Positions 17,053 through 25,687 of a stretch of DNA of 29,924 nucleotides are shown piece by piece. The stretch is from positions 1 through 29,924 of the IMG/VR virus record IMGVR_UViG_3300012667_000752. One strand, 5' to 3'. The DNA is from a virus (lineage: Duplodnaviria > Caudoviricetes). Position 1 is the stretch's first letter; the number at the start of each line of letters is the position of its first letter. The position numbers and the translations under genes are program-made. The notes beneath the pieces were generated by a model that was given only the letters and a program-made list of their open reading frames with translations, was not told the DNA's origin and did not search any database.

Positions 17053-17664
17053 ATGGCACAAATGTACGACGACCCGTATGAAGATTGGGGCATCTCCTAT
17101 GACCCGGCGCCCGCGCCAGAGCCCGCGCCAGAGCCCGCTGAGTACAAAGCGCAGGGGGAGTTCAAGCCTGGCGAGTGGACAACCCGCGATTGGATGGCTA
17201 ACTCTGTGCAATCGGCTGGTCTTGTGGATACCCCCCTTGGAGAGATGTTTGCCGGCGACTACGTCACTGGCGGATCGGCAGCAGCGCGACGCCTGTCGGA
17301 TACGAACCAGGACGGCATGCCCAAGGACCTCCCCAAGGAAGAAGAGAACGTGTTCTCTCGCATCGGCAGCAAGCTCAAGACCGGCGTGTCCGATGCCTTC
17401 GACAAGGACCCGCTGAAATTCCTCGAAGCAGGCCTGGGCGGTCTGGCCGGTCTGTACAAGACCAAGGCCGCGCGTGATGCCGCAAACGCGCAGGCGCAGT
17501 CTGCGGTTGAGGTCGTAAAGGCCAAGGCCGCTGCCGAGAAGGATGCGCAGGACCGCTACAACGCGTCGTTTGGCACCACCAAGCGCGCGCCCCTGGTGAA
17601 GAAACCGCTCACCCGCATGGACGGCAGCGCCGTCTACGACGCAAACGGACGTCTGAAAGGCTAA
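17053..17664 (+). CDS. Hypothetical protein (probable internal virion protein)
   Basis: ATG at 17053 with GAGGA RBS; EAGLGGLAGLY followed by an Ala/Lys/Gln helix. Confidence 0.7.
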   Translation: MAQMYDDPYEDWGISYDPAPAPEPAPEPAEYKAQGEFKPGEWTTRDWMANSVQSAGLVDTPLGEMFAGDYVTGGSAAARRLSDTNQDGMPKDLPKEEENVFSRIGSKLKTGVSDAFDKDPLKFLEAGLGGLAGLYKTKAARDAANAQAQSAVEVVKAKAAAEKDAQDRYNASFGTTKRAPLVKKPLTRMDGSAVYDANGRLKG

Positions 17665-17666
17665 CC

Positions 17667-18188
17667 ATGAAACTCAATTCCGCCGATCAATCCGTCCTGT
17701 CCAAGTACACCTTGGTGGCCAAGAAGATCATCTACAACCCGGAGCGCATGAAGACGTTCCTGAAGATGCTGGGCTCCAAGGAAGGCGCCGTCACCGCAGT
17801 GCAGACTGTGGTGGCAGCCATCGACAAGCTCAAGCCGATCCCGCCCCAGATCGTGCCCATGCTGGCGGTCAACGCCTACATGATCATGGTCGATGTGGCC
17901 CAGGAAGGCACCGGCCACCAGGCTGATCCAGCCATCATGGAAGAGGTCGTGGGCCAGATTCTTAACGTGGCCAAGGGCATCGCAGGCCCGGCAAAGCCCC
18001 CGGAAAACCCCGGCATGCTGTCTCAGATGCAAGAGCAGGGCGAGCCTGCAGGCGACCCGACCACACCGGACAACACAGCCGAGCACGAAGGTGCTGAGAG
18101 CCCAGCTCTCGAACAGGCCGAGGGCTCCGAGGAGGACGCACCCGGCGGCATGTTGGCCAAGATGCAACGCCGAGGAGTACCAGCATGA
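17667..18188 (+). CDS. Hypothetical protein
   Basis: 173 aa, phage-like codon usage, helical N-terminal part, acidic disordered tail. Confidence 0.75.
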   Translation: MKLNSADQSVLSKYTLVAKKIIYNPERMKTFLKMLGSKEGAVTAVQTVVAAIDKLKPIPPQIVPMLAVNAYMIMVDVAQEGTGHQADPAIMEEVVGQILNVAKGIAGPAKPPENPGMLSQMQEQGEPAGDPTTPDNTAEHEGAESPALEQAEGSEEDAPGGMLAKMQRRGVPA

Positions 18189-19066
18189 GCTTCTTCGAGG
18201 ACCTGATCGGGTCTTTCGCGGAAGCAGGAGCGAAGGGCCTCAACGACATCAGCGCACGCAACCAGCGCGAGGCTGAGCTGAAGCTGCAGAACGACCTGGC
18301 GATTGAACGCGCCAAGGCCGCCGAGGAAATCCGCCTGGACCTTGAAGAGCGCCAGCGCCAGGCCAAGCAGCAACGCCTGTCGCAGCAGCGCCAGGAGGTG
18401 GAGGCCGCAGCGCCGGCAGCCACCCAGGCCCGCGAGTTGGGTCAGGCCCAGAAGATGGCACCCAGCGTGGACGGCAACGTGCTGGACATCATCAAGTCCA
18501 AGCTCACGCCCGCCCAGATGCAGAAGTTCTACGGCGTGGACCAGGGCCCCGTGGCCGAGCTGGACGACAAGCTGGGCGTCGCACGCGACAAGGGGCTCTA
18601 CGACGCCGAGGCCGTGTTGCAGGTGGAGCGTAAAGACACCGTGGCCGCTATCAAGGCCGCGCGTAAGGAAGCACTCGACCAGCAGAAGGCCGACGGCTTT
18701 GATGAGCGCACTGCAGCCATGATCAAAGTCGGCGCCGGGCACGACGCAGCTCGCGTCGCGGCTAAGAGCGCGGGTGCCGCAGGCGGTGGTGAGGGCAAGC
18801 TCAGTCTGCAGCAGGCCCGCGAAAAGCGCGTGGACCTGAAGGACCAGATCGCCACCCTGATGAAAGAGGTCGAGCTGGGGCTTACCAAGAAGGACGCGGC
18901 CAAGCCCCTGATCGAATCGCTCAAAGCGCAGCAGAACAAGTACGACAAGATCATTGCGGATGGGGAGGGCGCCGCGGCTCCAACTCCGAAGCCGGCACCC
19001 GCGCCGAAGCCTGCCGCCGCAGCGCCTGCAGCAAATACACCTGGTTGGTCCATCAAAAAGAAGTGA
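18185..19066 (+). CDS. Coiled-coil hypothetical protein (probable ejection protein)
   Basis: GAGGAG RBS, ATGA overlap; MSFFEDLIGSFAEAGAKG then an E/Q/R/K coiled coil and a Pro/Ala tail. Confidence 0.75.
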   Translation: MSFFEDLIGSFAEAGAKGLNDISARNQREAELKLQNDLAIERAKAAEEIRLDLEERQRQAKQQRLSQQRQEVEAAAPAATQARELGQAQKMAPSVDGNVLDIIKSKLTPAQMQKFYGVDQGPVAELDDKLGVARDKGLYDAEAVLQVERKDTVAAIKAARKEALDQQKADGFDERTAAMIKVGAGHDAARVAAKSAGAAGGGEGKLSLQQAREKRVDLKDQIATLMKEVELGLTKKDAAKPLIESLKAQQNKYDKIIADGEGAAAPTPKPAPAPKPAAAAPAANTPGWSIKKK

Positions 19067-19075
19067 GGCCTTTGA

Positions 19076-22000
19076 ATGGCAACGTATGAGATCAAGTCTC
19101 CCGATGGTCAGACCTGGGAGGTCAACGCTCCTGACGATGCGACCGAGCAGCAGGTCTTAGCCTACGCGCAGAGCCAGTGGGAGCCGACAAAGCCCGCCGG
19201 CGGTGGTCGCGGCTTTGTGCAGCCCCCGGCAGCGTCTGACGCCCAGGGCAACCGTCTGCGTGAGCTGCAGGACCCTAACCTGTCCCGCGTGGAGAGGTTG
19301 AACCTGGCGGACACCTGGACCCAGAACGAGATGGCCCGCCTGGCCGACATCAACCCGGGCGCATCGGCAGACGACTTGGCAGCGCTTGCGGCTCAACGGT
19401 TCCAGGCTGTTAAGGACGGCGCCCCGGCACCTCTGGTAGACCGGGTCTCTGAGTACCTGAACAAGCCCGGTTCAAACTACGACCTCGAATCGGCCAAGGC
19501 CAATGCAAAGTTCGACGAGGGCGTTGAGCGCCGGTTCAACCTGAGCCAGCAGAGCCGCGCGCCAGATGCCAATGGCGACCGGGTAACCATCGGGTACAAC
19601 CCTATCCAAGACGCGCAGAAGACCGCACGCGATACGCAAGAGCTGGCCGACCTGCGCGACGACGCCCTGGGCCGGGTTGCATCGGGCGAGATGAATTCGA
19701 CCCTGCGCGGCTTCGTGAAGGGCGGCGTTCAGTCAGCAGGTCTTACGGCCGCGACGGTTGGCTACCTGGCCGATGTGGTCGGCGCCGATGCCGTCAAGCA
19801 GTGGGGCTTGGACACCAACAACGCGGCAGCGCGCATTGCCAACCAGATGACGCTGGCCAAGACCGCTTCGCAGATTCAGAACCTGGACGACTTCCAGGGC
19901 TGGCTCGCTGAGAACGGCGGCTACGTCGCGTACCAAGCGGCCGAGGCCCTGCTCACCGGCGGTCTGGTTTCTGGCGTGAGCAAGCAAGCCGCACGCCAGG
20001 CTGCGATTGAAGCGACCGCCCTGGGCATGAACAACCTGCGCCAGACGCTTGGCTCGGTCTACGCCGACGCGGTCGATGAAGCCAAGCGCACGGGCAAGGA
20101 CCCATCCCTCTTTGGCGTAGCCCTCGGTGCTGTTGGCTCCGCCGTCATCGACACCGTAGCGGACAAGTTCGGCCTGGACGCGATGACCAAGACCGGCTTC
20201 AAGGGCGCCGTGGCTGAGCGCATGGCCAAGTCCATCGGATCGCAGGCCTTGATGCAAGGCGGCACCGAGGCGCTGCAGTTGGTACCCGAGGAAATGGGCG
20301 CCGGGCGCGATCCGTTCCGTGACGGCATGGGCGCGCAGTTCTTCGATGAGGCGGCAGTTGGCGCGCTCGGCGGCGGAGGCCCTGGCGTACTCGGCGGGCT
20401 GAACAAGTACCAAGAGCCCACCGGCCCCACCGCCGAAGACATCGCCCGAAGCAAGGGCTTCCTGACACCGGAGCCCATCGTCGCCCCGCGCGTCGAGGAC
20501 ATGCCCACAACGCCCACCGTGCCCACGGTGAAACCGGCCGCGCAAAACGTGGTTGAAAACATAGCGAGTCTCCTTGGCCAACAAACCCCCACGCCTGACG
20601 CAGGAGCAGCGCCTGCTGTCGAAGCACCTACAGTGCAACCCCCTGTATCTGGTGTACCTGGACAAACTGACGTCGCCACGACAGAACCTGTTTCCGACGC
20701 GACACAGCCCGCCGCCGTTCCTGCAGCCGATGCGCCAGCACCTGCGTCACTGAGCAACCCGACCGGACCCGCACCGTTTGGGTTGAACCCGGGTGACCGA
20801 GTTGAGTATGCGGATGGCGCCGAGACAACCTACGGACTTGAAGCGAGCAACCCGGCGCCGGCGATCCCCGCCGGGACCGATCCGCGCCAGGCAGCCCTGG
20901 CCAAGATCGAAGAAGAGCTGCAAGCCAGCAAAGCCCGCCAGGAGGCCGAAACGAAGGCCCAGGCTGCAACTGCCCAAGCTGAGCAGGAAACGGCCGCAGC
21001 GGCCGATCTGGCCAAGCGCAGCGTGGGTTCTGCGTACCAGCAGACCAGCGCAACGCCGACACCCCAGCCGGGTGCTGTGCCTACGGCCCCGGAGGGCCCC
21101 GCCCTACCTAGCGCCACTTCTGCGTACAGGGACACCAGCGCGGCGCCCGCCACTGATAACGGCGTACCGACGGCCTCCGCCCCGGCGGCGCCCGCTCCGA
21201 CTGTTACCTGGGACAAAGCCACCGAGGCCAAGCTGAAAGCGGCGTCCGAGTCGTCAGTGGGCCGCGGCATGGTCAAGCTGGCCATGGACCGCTGGAACAA
21301 GAATAGCGACCTAACCGACAGCAAGACCTACCCGGAGGCAGTGCTCTATGGCATCATCAACTCCCCTGACGTCGGGCCAGACCTCCTGGCTTCAGCGCGT
21401 CAAGAAATTGGACGTCGCCGTGGCACAAACACACAACCAACTGTCAGCTACACCGGAACCACTCAGCCTGGAACAACAAGCCTCGGAGTGGGTGGCCAAT
21501 CGCAACCGGCTGCGGGACTCAGCAGCTACCCAGCTCAACAGCCCGCTGTCGCTGCGCCTGTCGGACAAGCAGTCGGCGGTCAACCCGTACTCTCTTCCCG
21601 AGCCACTGCAAACGGAAGTGCTGCGCCTGCTGGAACAACCAAGTCCTTAGCGCCAACTGCCCCGGACGCGCTGCTTGCGCGGGTATCCGAGCAGCTCAAG
21701 GCTGACCGCGGCGTTCAGTTCACACCCTTCAAGGGTCAGCTCACCACCGGCCAGCAGGTGGCCAGTGCCTTTGCCAACGCCAACGGTCGCACGTTCACGG
21801 TGGTCGAGCGCACTGCCGGCAACGAGCGCGACATGCCCAACGGCTTCGCTATTCCCGGCACCAACCACGTCGTCATCGACAGCAAGGCCAGCGACGCGCC
21901 GGTGCTGGTGGCGGTCCATGAGGTTTACCACCTGCTGCCGACCAAGCTGCGCATCAAGGCCAACAAGGCACTGCGCGCTTTGTTCAAAGAGGACCAAGCG

Positions 22001-25000
22001 ACTGAGTTCGGCCGTGAGTTCAACGTAACCCCCGAGCAGTTCGAGGAGGAAATCCCGGCGTACATGGCGCAGGCCGTGGCGTCGCGCCCGACCTTCTGGC
22101 AAGAGCTGCGCACGAAGATGGGCAACAAGGACTTTTCGGAGTTCGCCGGCTTCGTGCTGCAGAAGTTCAAGGACCTCATGCGCGGAGCGGAGAAGTCCCT
22201 TGGCGAAGGGTTCCTGCAGAAGTACATCGGGGAAGAGTCCAACATCCTGGAGGCTCAGCGCATCCTGTCGGACCTGTACGTCGAGTCCATGCGCGAGCAG
22301 GGCTTGCAGCCTGATGAGGCCCTTGCCGCACCGGTGATGATGTCGCAAAAGCGCACTCAGAACACCGAGCAGGTTGGCGAGCACGAAGTAACGCCCGCTA
22401 AGGACGGAAGCATCTTTGTCCACGGCGACCCCGAGGCTATTCGCGCCAAGATACCGGAAGGCGTCAAGGGCCGCGTGGAAGCCGGCGGTGTGCGGTTCAC
22501 GCACTCCGATGCACCCCGCGTGCGCGGTGCGCTTTCAGGCAACCAGATTGCGTACAGCCGAGGCGGCCAGGTCAACGAGAAGTTGGCCCTGACCAAAGAC
22601 GGTAAGTACCTCGGAGCCCCGGAGAAGTTCAACACCCCCGGCAAGGTTCCGACATTGCGTCGCTGGTTGCGTCAATTGGCTGAAGAGGGTGCACCCGGCC
22701 GGTACTGGTACGAAAATAGCAGCGCAGCCATCTTGCACATGACTGGCGGCGACGTCCAGGAAGCGCGCAAGTTCGTTGCCCTTCTGGCGATCTACTCGCC
22801 CCAGGCCAAGGTTGACGCAAACAGCACATTCGCGCTGCGCGCATGGTCCCAGTACAAGATGGGCCAGCCCATCAGTGTGAAGACCGGCGTGATGGACCGC
22901 AAGGCCCAGGCCGCGCTTGATGACGTGGATGCGTTCTGGTCCGGCGAGAAGACAGGCAACTTCTTCCACAACCTGCTGAGCGAGATCGACCCGACCACCA
23001 AGGGTAAGCAAGGCGCCACCATCGACATGTGGATGATGCGTGCCGGGCAGTACAGCAACGACGCGCCGACAAAAACTCAGTACGCGTTCATGGAGAACGA
23101 GACCAACCGCCTGGCGCGCGAGTTGGGCTGGGAGCCGCAGCAAGTGCAGGCCGCGATCTGGGTGGCCATGAAGGCCCGGATGGAGAACACCGGGGTCAAG
23201 AAGCGCACGGAGGCCATCTCTGAGAAAAAGGGTTGGCTGCGCTACGACTACCCGCTCAAGAAGGGCACGCCGACCAAGACCCGCGTGGTGCAGGACGCGC
23301 AGAAGCACCGCGACAATTGGCTTGACCAGGCGTTCAAACACGACCCGTCGAAGCAAGACACGGCCACCGCCAAGTTCGATTTCAGCGACGGCGTGCGCCG
23401 CCACATCGGCCAAGTCTCCTGGGAGGCCCGCCCTGGTCGTAGCACCGGAGTCCTGCCCGGCGTGAACGACGCCCCGTATGACCAGCAGGTTGAGTTCCAG
23501 CAGGCCGTACATCGCGCCCTGCTTGGCCCCAACGGTGAGGACCTCCTAGCTCAAAAGCTGGGCTTGTTGGTGGACGGCGAGGACCTCCTGGCACCGGGAA
23601 TCTGGCAGGGCGAGGTAGCGGCCGGCATGCAGAAGCAAGTGGCCATGGCACCCGCCAAGGGCGACGAAGGCAAGACCGGCTTGGACACTACCCAGAAGCA
23701 GGCGCTCGACACCTACTCTGCGGTGCTGGGCCTGCTGCTGCGCCAGGAGGGCGTCGGCTGGCACCGCCCGTTCTACAACGGCAAGAAGTCCGGCGAGAAC
23801 GGCGCTGAGCTGCGCATCGGTTCGCCCTTCACCCCGGAACAGGCCCAGGAGCTTTGGTCCGCCCTGGACGCCGCGATGCAGGCAAAAGGCGTTGCGGATT
23901 GGGAACAGTCGGCAGGTTTGATTTCCAGCCCACAGGGAATGCGGGTTGTCAACTTCGGTGCCTTGAAGGACAATGGTGACTTCCAGCGGCTAGTTGAGTC
24001 AGCCGCTAACGGGCTGTCTTTTGACGTGCAAGAGCATGTGCGCTTTACGTCTGACGGCAATTTGGTTACGAACGATTGGAGGGCCAATCCAGATGGCACT
24101 ACTTACCAAACCGCGATCAGCGACGCAGGACGATCCGATCTACTCGGGTGGAGTCGAGATGTTCTCGCCCCGAGGGTCCAGCAAGTCTTCGACGACTTCA
24201 GCGAGCGATACGACTGGGGAAATCCCGGCAGCATCAACTTCAGCAACAAGCCCGGCGATGGACTCGGTGGCGTTCATGCAGAGCGTGGACCAGGCGCTAG
24301 AGCGCACGCTGTTCGGATCGACGGCACCCACTTCAGCCAAGGCCAACGAACAAGCCTAGACGGCCGGTACTTCGGTCGCGGTCTCAAGGGCGCTGAGCAG
24401 TCGCGCCTCTCCGAGGCAAGCGACTCCCGCATCAAGGAGCGGGTCTACTTCTACGTCGATGAAGGCAAGGGCATCACGCCCGAGGCCGGCGTGGGTGGCT
24501 ACGCACATGCGGCCAGCGTAGACAACCTCTACAACACACAGGGCGATCCGCTCAAACTGTTCCGCGCTGGCGACATCAACGGCAGCGAGAGCCGTGTCCT
24601 GGACGCCGGGTTCGACGGCTACTACTTCCCCAACTACGTCAACGGCCAGGGCATCGCCGTGGTTATGGGCAACGCCAGCCGGGGCATCAAGGTGTCGCCC
24701 ACCGAGTACGCCAAGGGGCAAGCCCCAGCAGCCCCCGCGCAGCCCTACAAGCGCGGCTTGTCCAGCAAGGAACTCAATGCCATCGACATGCCGGCCGTGC
24801 AGGCTGTGGCGCCCAGCTCCAAGCTGCGCGCCGGCACGTTCCAGGTAGACGAGTCGGAGCTGGACGCCGCCCGGGCGGAACTAGCCAACCAAGGCATCAC
24901 GCTGCCTGGCACCACGCCGTTCAGCAACAAAGCCCAAGACCTGGACCAGGACATCACCCTGGAAATCCCAATCGAAGGCGGCAAGACGGCCAAGCTCACA

Positions 25001-25078
25001 GTCAACGCGGCCAGCTACATCAAGCAGCTTGATGCCCGCGAGGAGGCTCTCAAAATGGTCAAGGAGTGCATGCTATGA
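19076..25078 (+). CDS. Large polyvalent/ejected virion protein (HExxH metallopeptidase-like, HhH glycosylase-like and ART-like domains)
   Basis: 2000 aa; N-terminal YEIKSPDGQTWEVNAPDDAT module; Gly/Ala helical region; VAVHEVYH (HEVYH at 21917-21931); WYE..ALLAIYSPQ..GEKT..TIDMWM..PQQVQAAIW (22700-23175); HFS..FGRG..RVYFY..NLY..AGFDGY (24329-24690). Confidence 0.8.
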   Translation: MATYEIKSPDGQTWEVNAPDDATEQQVLAYAQSQWEPTKPAGGGRGFVQPPAASDAQGNRLRELQDPNLSRVERLNLADTWTQNEMARLADINPGASADDLAALAAQRFQAVKDGAPAPLVDRVSEYLNKPGSNYDLESAKANAKFDEGVERRFNLSQQSRAPDANGDRVTIGYNPIQDAQKTARDTQELADLRDDALGRVASGEMNSTLRGFVKGGVQSAGLTAATVGYLADVVGADAVKQWGLDTNNAAARIANQMTLAKTASQIQNLDDFQGWLAENGGYVAYQAAEALLTGGLVSGVSKQAARQAAIEATALGMNNLRQTLGSVYADAVDEAKRTGKDPSLFGVALGAVGSAVIDTVADKFGLDAMTKTGFKGAVAERMAKSIGSQALMQGGTEALQLVPEEMGAGRDPFRDGMGAQFFDEAAVGALGGGGPGVLGGLNKYQEPTGPTAEDIARSKGFLTPEPIVAPRVEDMPTTPTVPTVKPAAQNVVENIASLLGQQTPTPDAGAAPAVEAPTVQPPVSGVPGQTDVATTEPVSDATQPAAVPAADAPAPASLSNPTGPAPFGLNPGDRVEYADGAETTYGLEASNPAPAIPAGTDPRQAALAKIEEELQASKARQEAETKAQAATAQAEQETAAAADLAKRSVGSAYQQTSATPTPQPGAVPTAPEGPALPSATSAYRDTSAAPATDNGVPTASAPAAPAPTVTWDKATEAKLKAASESSVGRGMVKLAMDRWNKNSDLTDSKTYPEAVLYGIINSPDVGPDLLASARQEIGRRRGTNTQPTVSYTGTTQPGTTSLGVGGQSQPAAGLSSYPAQQPAVAAPVGQAVGGQPVLSSRATANGSAAPAGTTKSLAPTAPDALLARVSEQLKADRGVQFTPFKGQLTTGQQVASAFANANGRTFTVVERTAGNERDMPNGFAIPGTNHVVIDSKASDAPVLVAVHEVYHLLPTKLRIKANKALRALFKEDQATEFGREFNVTPEQFEEEIPAYMAQAVASRPTFWQELRTKMGNKDFSEFAGFVLQKFKDLMRGAEKSLGEGFLQKYIGEESNILEAQRILSDLYVESMREQGLQPDEALAAPVMMSQKRTQNTEQVGEHEVTPAKDGSIFVHGDPEAIRAKIPEGVKGRVEAGGVRFTHSDAPRVRGALSGNQIAYSRGGQVNEKLALTKDGKYLGAPEKFNTPGKVPTLRRWLRQLAEEGAPGRYWYENSSAAILHMTGGDVQEARKFVALLAIYSPQAKVDANSTFALRAWSQYKMGQPISVKTGVMDRKAQAALDDVDAFWSGEKTGNFFHNLLSEIDPTTKGKQGATIDMWMMRAGQYSNDAPTKTQYAFMENETNRLARELGWEPQQVQAAIWVAMKARMENTGVKKRTEAISEKKGWLRYDYPLKKGTPTKTRVVQDAQKHRDNWLDQAFKHDPSKQDTATAKFDFSDGVRRHIGQVSWEARPGRSTGVLPGVNDAPYDQQVEFQQAVHRALLGPNGEDLLAQKLGLLVDGEDLLAPGIWQGEVAAGMQKQVAMAPAKGDEGKTGLDTTQKQALDTYSAVLGLLLRQEGVGWHRPFYNGKKSGENGAELRIGSPFTPEQAQELWSALDAAMQAKGVADWEQSAGLISSPQGMRVVNFGALKDNGDFQRLVESAANGLSFDVQEHVRFTSDGNLVTNDWRANPDGTTYQTAISDAGRSDLLGWSRDVLAPRVQQVFDDFSERYDWGNPGSINFSNKPGDGLGGVHAERGPGARAHAVRIDGTHFSQGQRTSLDGRYFGRGLKGAEQSRLSEASDSRIKERVYFYVDEGKGITPEAGVGGYAHAASVDNLYNTQGDPLKLFRAGDINGSESRVLDAGFDGYYFPNYVNGQGIAVVMGNASRGIKVSPTEYAKGQAPAAPAQPYKRGLSSKELNAIDMPAVQAVAPSSKLRAGTFQVDESELDAARAELANQGITLPGTTPFSNKAQDLDQDITLEIPIEGGKTAKLTVNAASYIKQLDAREEALKMVKECML
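20574..20753 (+). CDS. Candidate nested +1-frame ORF (59 aa) inside the 2000-aa gene
   Basis: TTG start after an in-frame TAG at 20562; MANKPPRLTQEQRLLSKHLQCNPLYLVYLDKLTSPRQNLFPTRHSPPPFLQPMRQHLRH; CTG/CAG/CGC-rich codons while the host frame uses CCT/GCA/GGA/ACA. Weak RBS; absent from the ORF track. Confidence 0.45.
   Translation: MANKPPRLTQEQRLLSKHLQCNPLYLVYLDKLTSPRQNLFPTRHSPPPFLQPMRQHLRH
21348..21650 (+). CDS. Candidate nested +1-frame ORF (100 aa) inside the 2000-aa gene
   Basis: GGAGG at 21334-21338, 9 nt before the ATG; GC3-rich codons in this frame (CTG, GCC, CGC, TCG, CCG) where the host frame becomes an A/T3-rich low-complexity linker. Confidence 0.6.
   Translation: MASSTPLTSGQTSWLQRVKKLDVAVAQTHNQLSATPEPLSLEQQASEWVANRNRLRDSAATQLNSPLSLRLSDKQSAVNPYSLPEPLQTEVLRLLEQPSP
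24093..24359 (+). CDS. Candidate nested +1-frame ORF (88 aa, DDPIYSGG motif) inside the 2000-aa gene
   Basis: GGAGG at 24078-24082, 10 nt before the ATG; MALLTKPRSATQDDPIYSGGVEMFSP...MDSVAFMQSVDQALERTLFG; codon usage switches to this frame at ~24258-24320. Confidence 0.55.
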   Translation: MALLTKPRSATQDDPIYSGGVEMFSPRGSSKSSTTSASDTTGEIPAASTSATSPAMDSVAFMQSVDQALERTLFGSTAPTSAKANEQA

Positions 25079-25482
25079 AACTGATGACAGCAGACCAGGT
25101 AAAGCGCATGGCCCTGGCCCACGGGGGCAAGGCCGAGATCGACGGCAAGGCTATCAACGCAGCGCGGCTGCAGGTGGCCACCAAGGCGCCGCAGCCCCAG
25201 GCCAAACCAGCATATATGCCACCCGAGCCAAAGCCGGTCCCGGTGCAGACAATCGAGTCCAAGCCAGACCCAGCCGTGCGGGAGGCCGTGCAGTCGATTG
25301 ACCAATACGCGGCGAGTCAGTTCCTGCTCAATGAGTCGAACATCCAACTGATGCAGACCGTGAAGGAAATGCTCTCCCAGGTCTCGGCAGCCAAGCCTGA
25401 TGCGCGGCCCACGAAGTGGGTGTTCCGCGTGAAGCGTGACGCCCAGGGCCTGATGGAAACCATCACTGCTACTGCCACATGA
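25075..25482 (+). CDS. Hypothetical protein
   Basis: ATG at 25075 in ATGA overlap, AAGGAG RBS; C-terminal KWVFRVKRDAQGLM hairpin-like motif. Confidence 0.75.
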   Translation: MKLMTADQVKRMALAHGGKAEIDGKAINAARLQVATKAPQPQAKPAYMPPEPKPVPVQTIESKPDPAVREAVQSIDQYAASQFLLNESNIQLMQTVKEMLSQVSAAKPDARPTKWVFRVKRDAQGLMETITATAT

Positions 25483-25676
25483 ACGAACAACCGCTTATCT
25501 GGACCACCCTGGGCAACGTGCCCGTAGCCGATCTGACCCACAAGGTCACTTGGCGGGTTGAGCCCGATCTGATCGTATGCACCGAGTCCTACTTCTTGAA
25601 GGACATGTTGGTGAAAGAAAGTTCCCACGTCAAAGTCCTTGTCGGCGCGGCCGCCGAAGGCACTGCCACTATCTAA
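25479..25676 (+). CDS. Small hypothetical protein
   Basis: ATGA overlap, 65 aa, IWTTLGNVPVADL...ESYFLKDMLVKESSHV. Confidence 0.7.
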   Translation: MNEQPLIWTTLGNVPVADLTHKVTWRVEPDLIVCTESYFLKDMLVKESSHVKVLVGAAAEGTATI

Positions 25677-25687
25677 GGAGATACCTC

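Noticed and set aside
20793-21236. Another +1-frame ORF within the 2000-aa gene
   Set aside because: It has the Arg/Pro-rich composition of a +1 shadow and the host frame keeps normal codon bias over most of it, unlike the three nested candidates.
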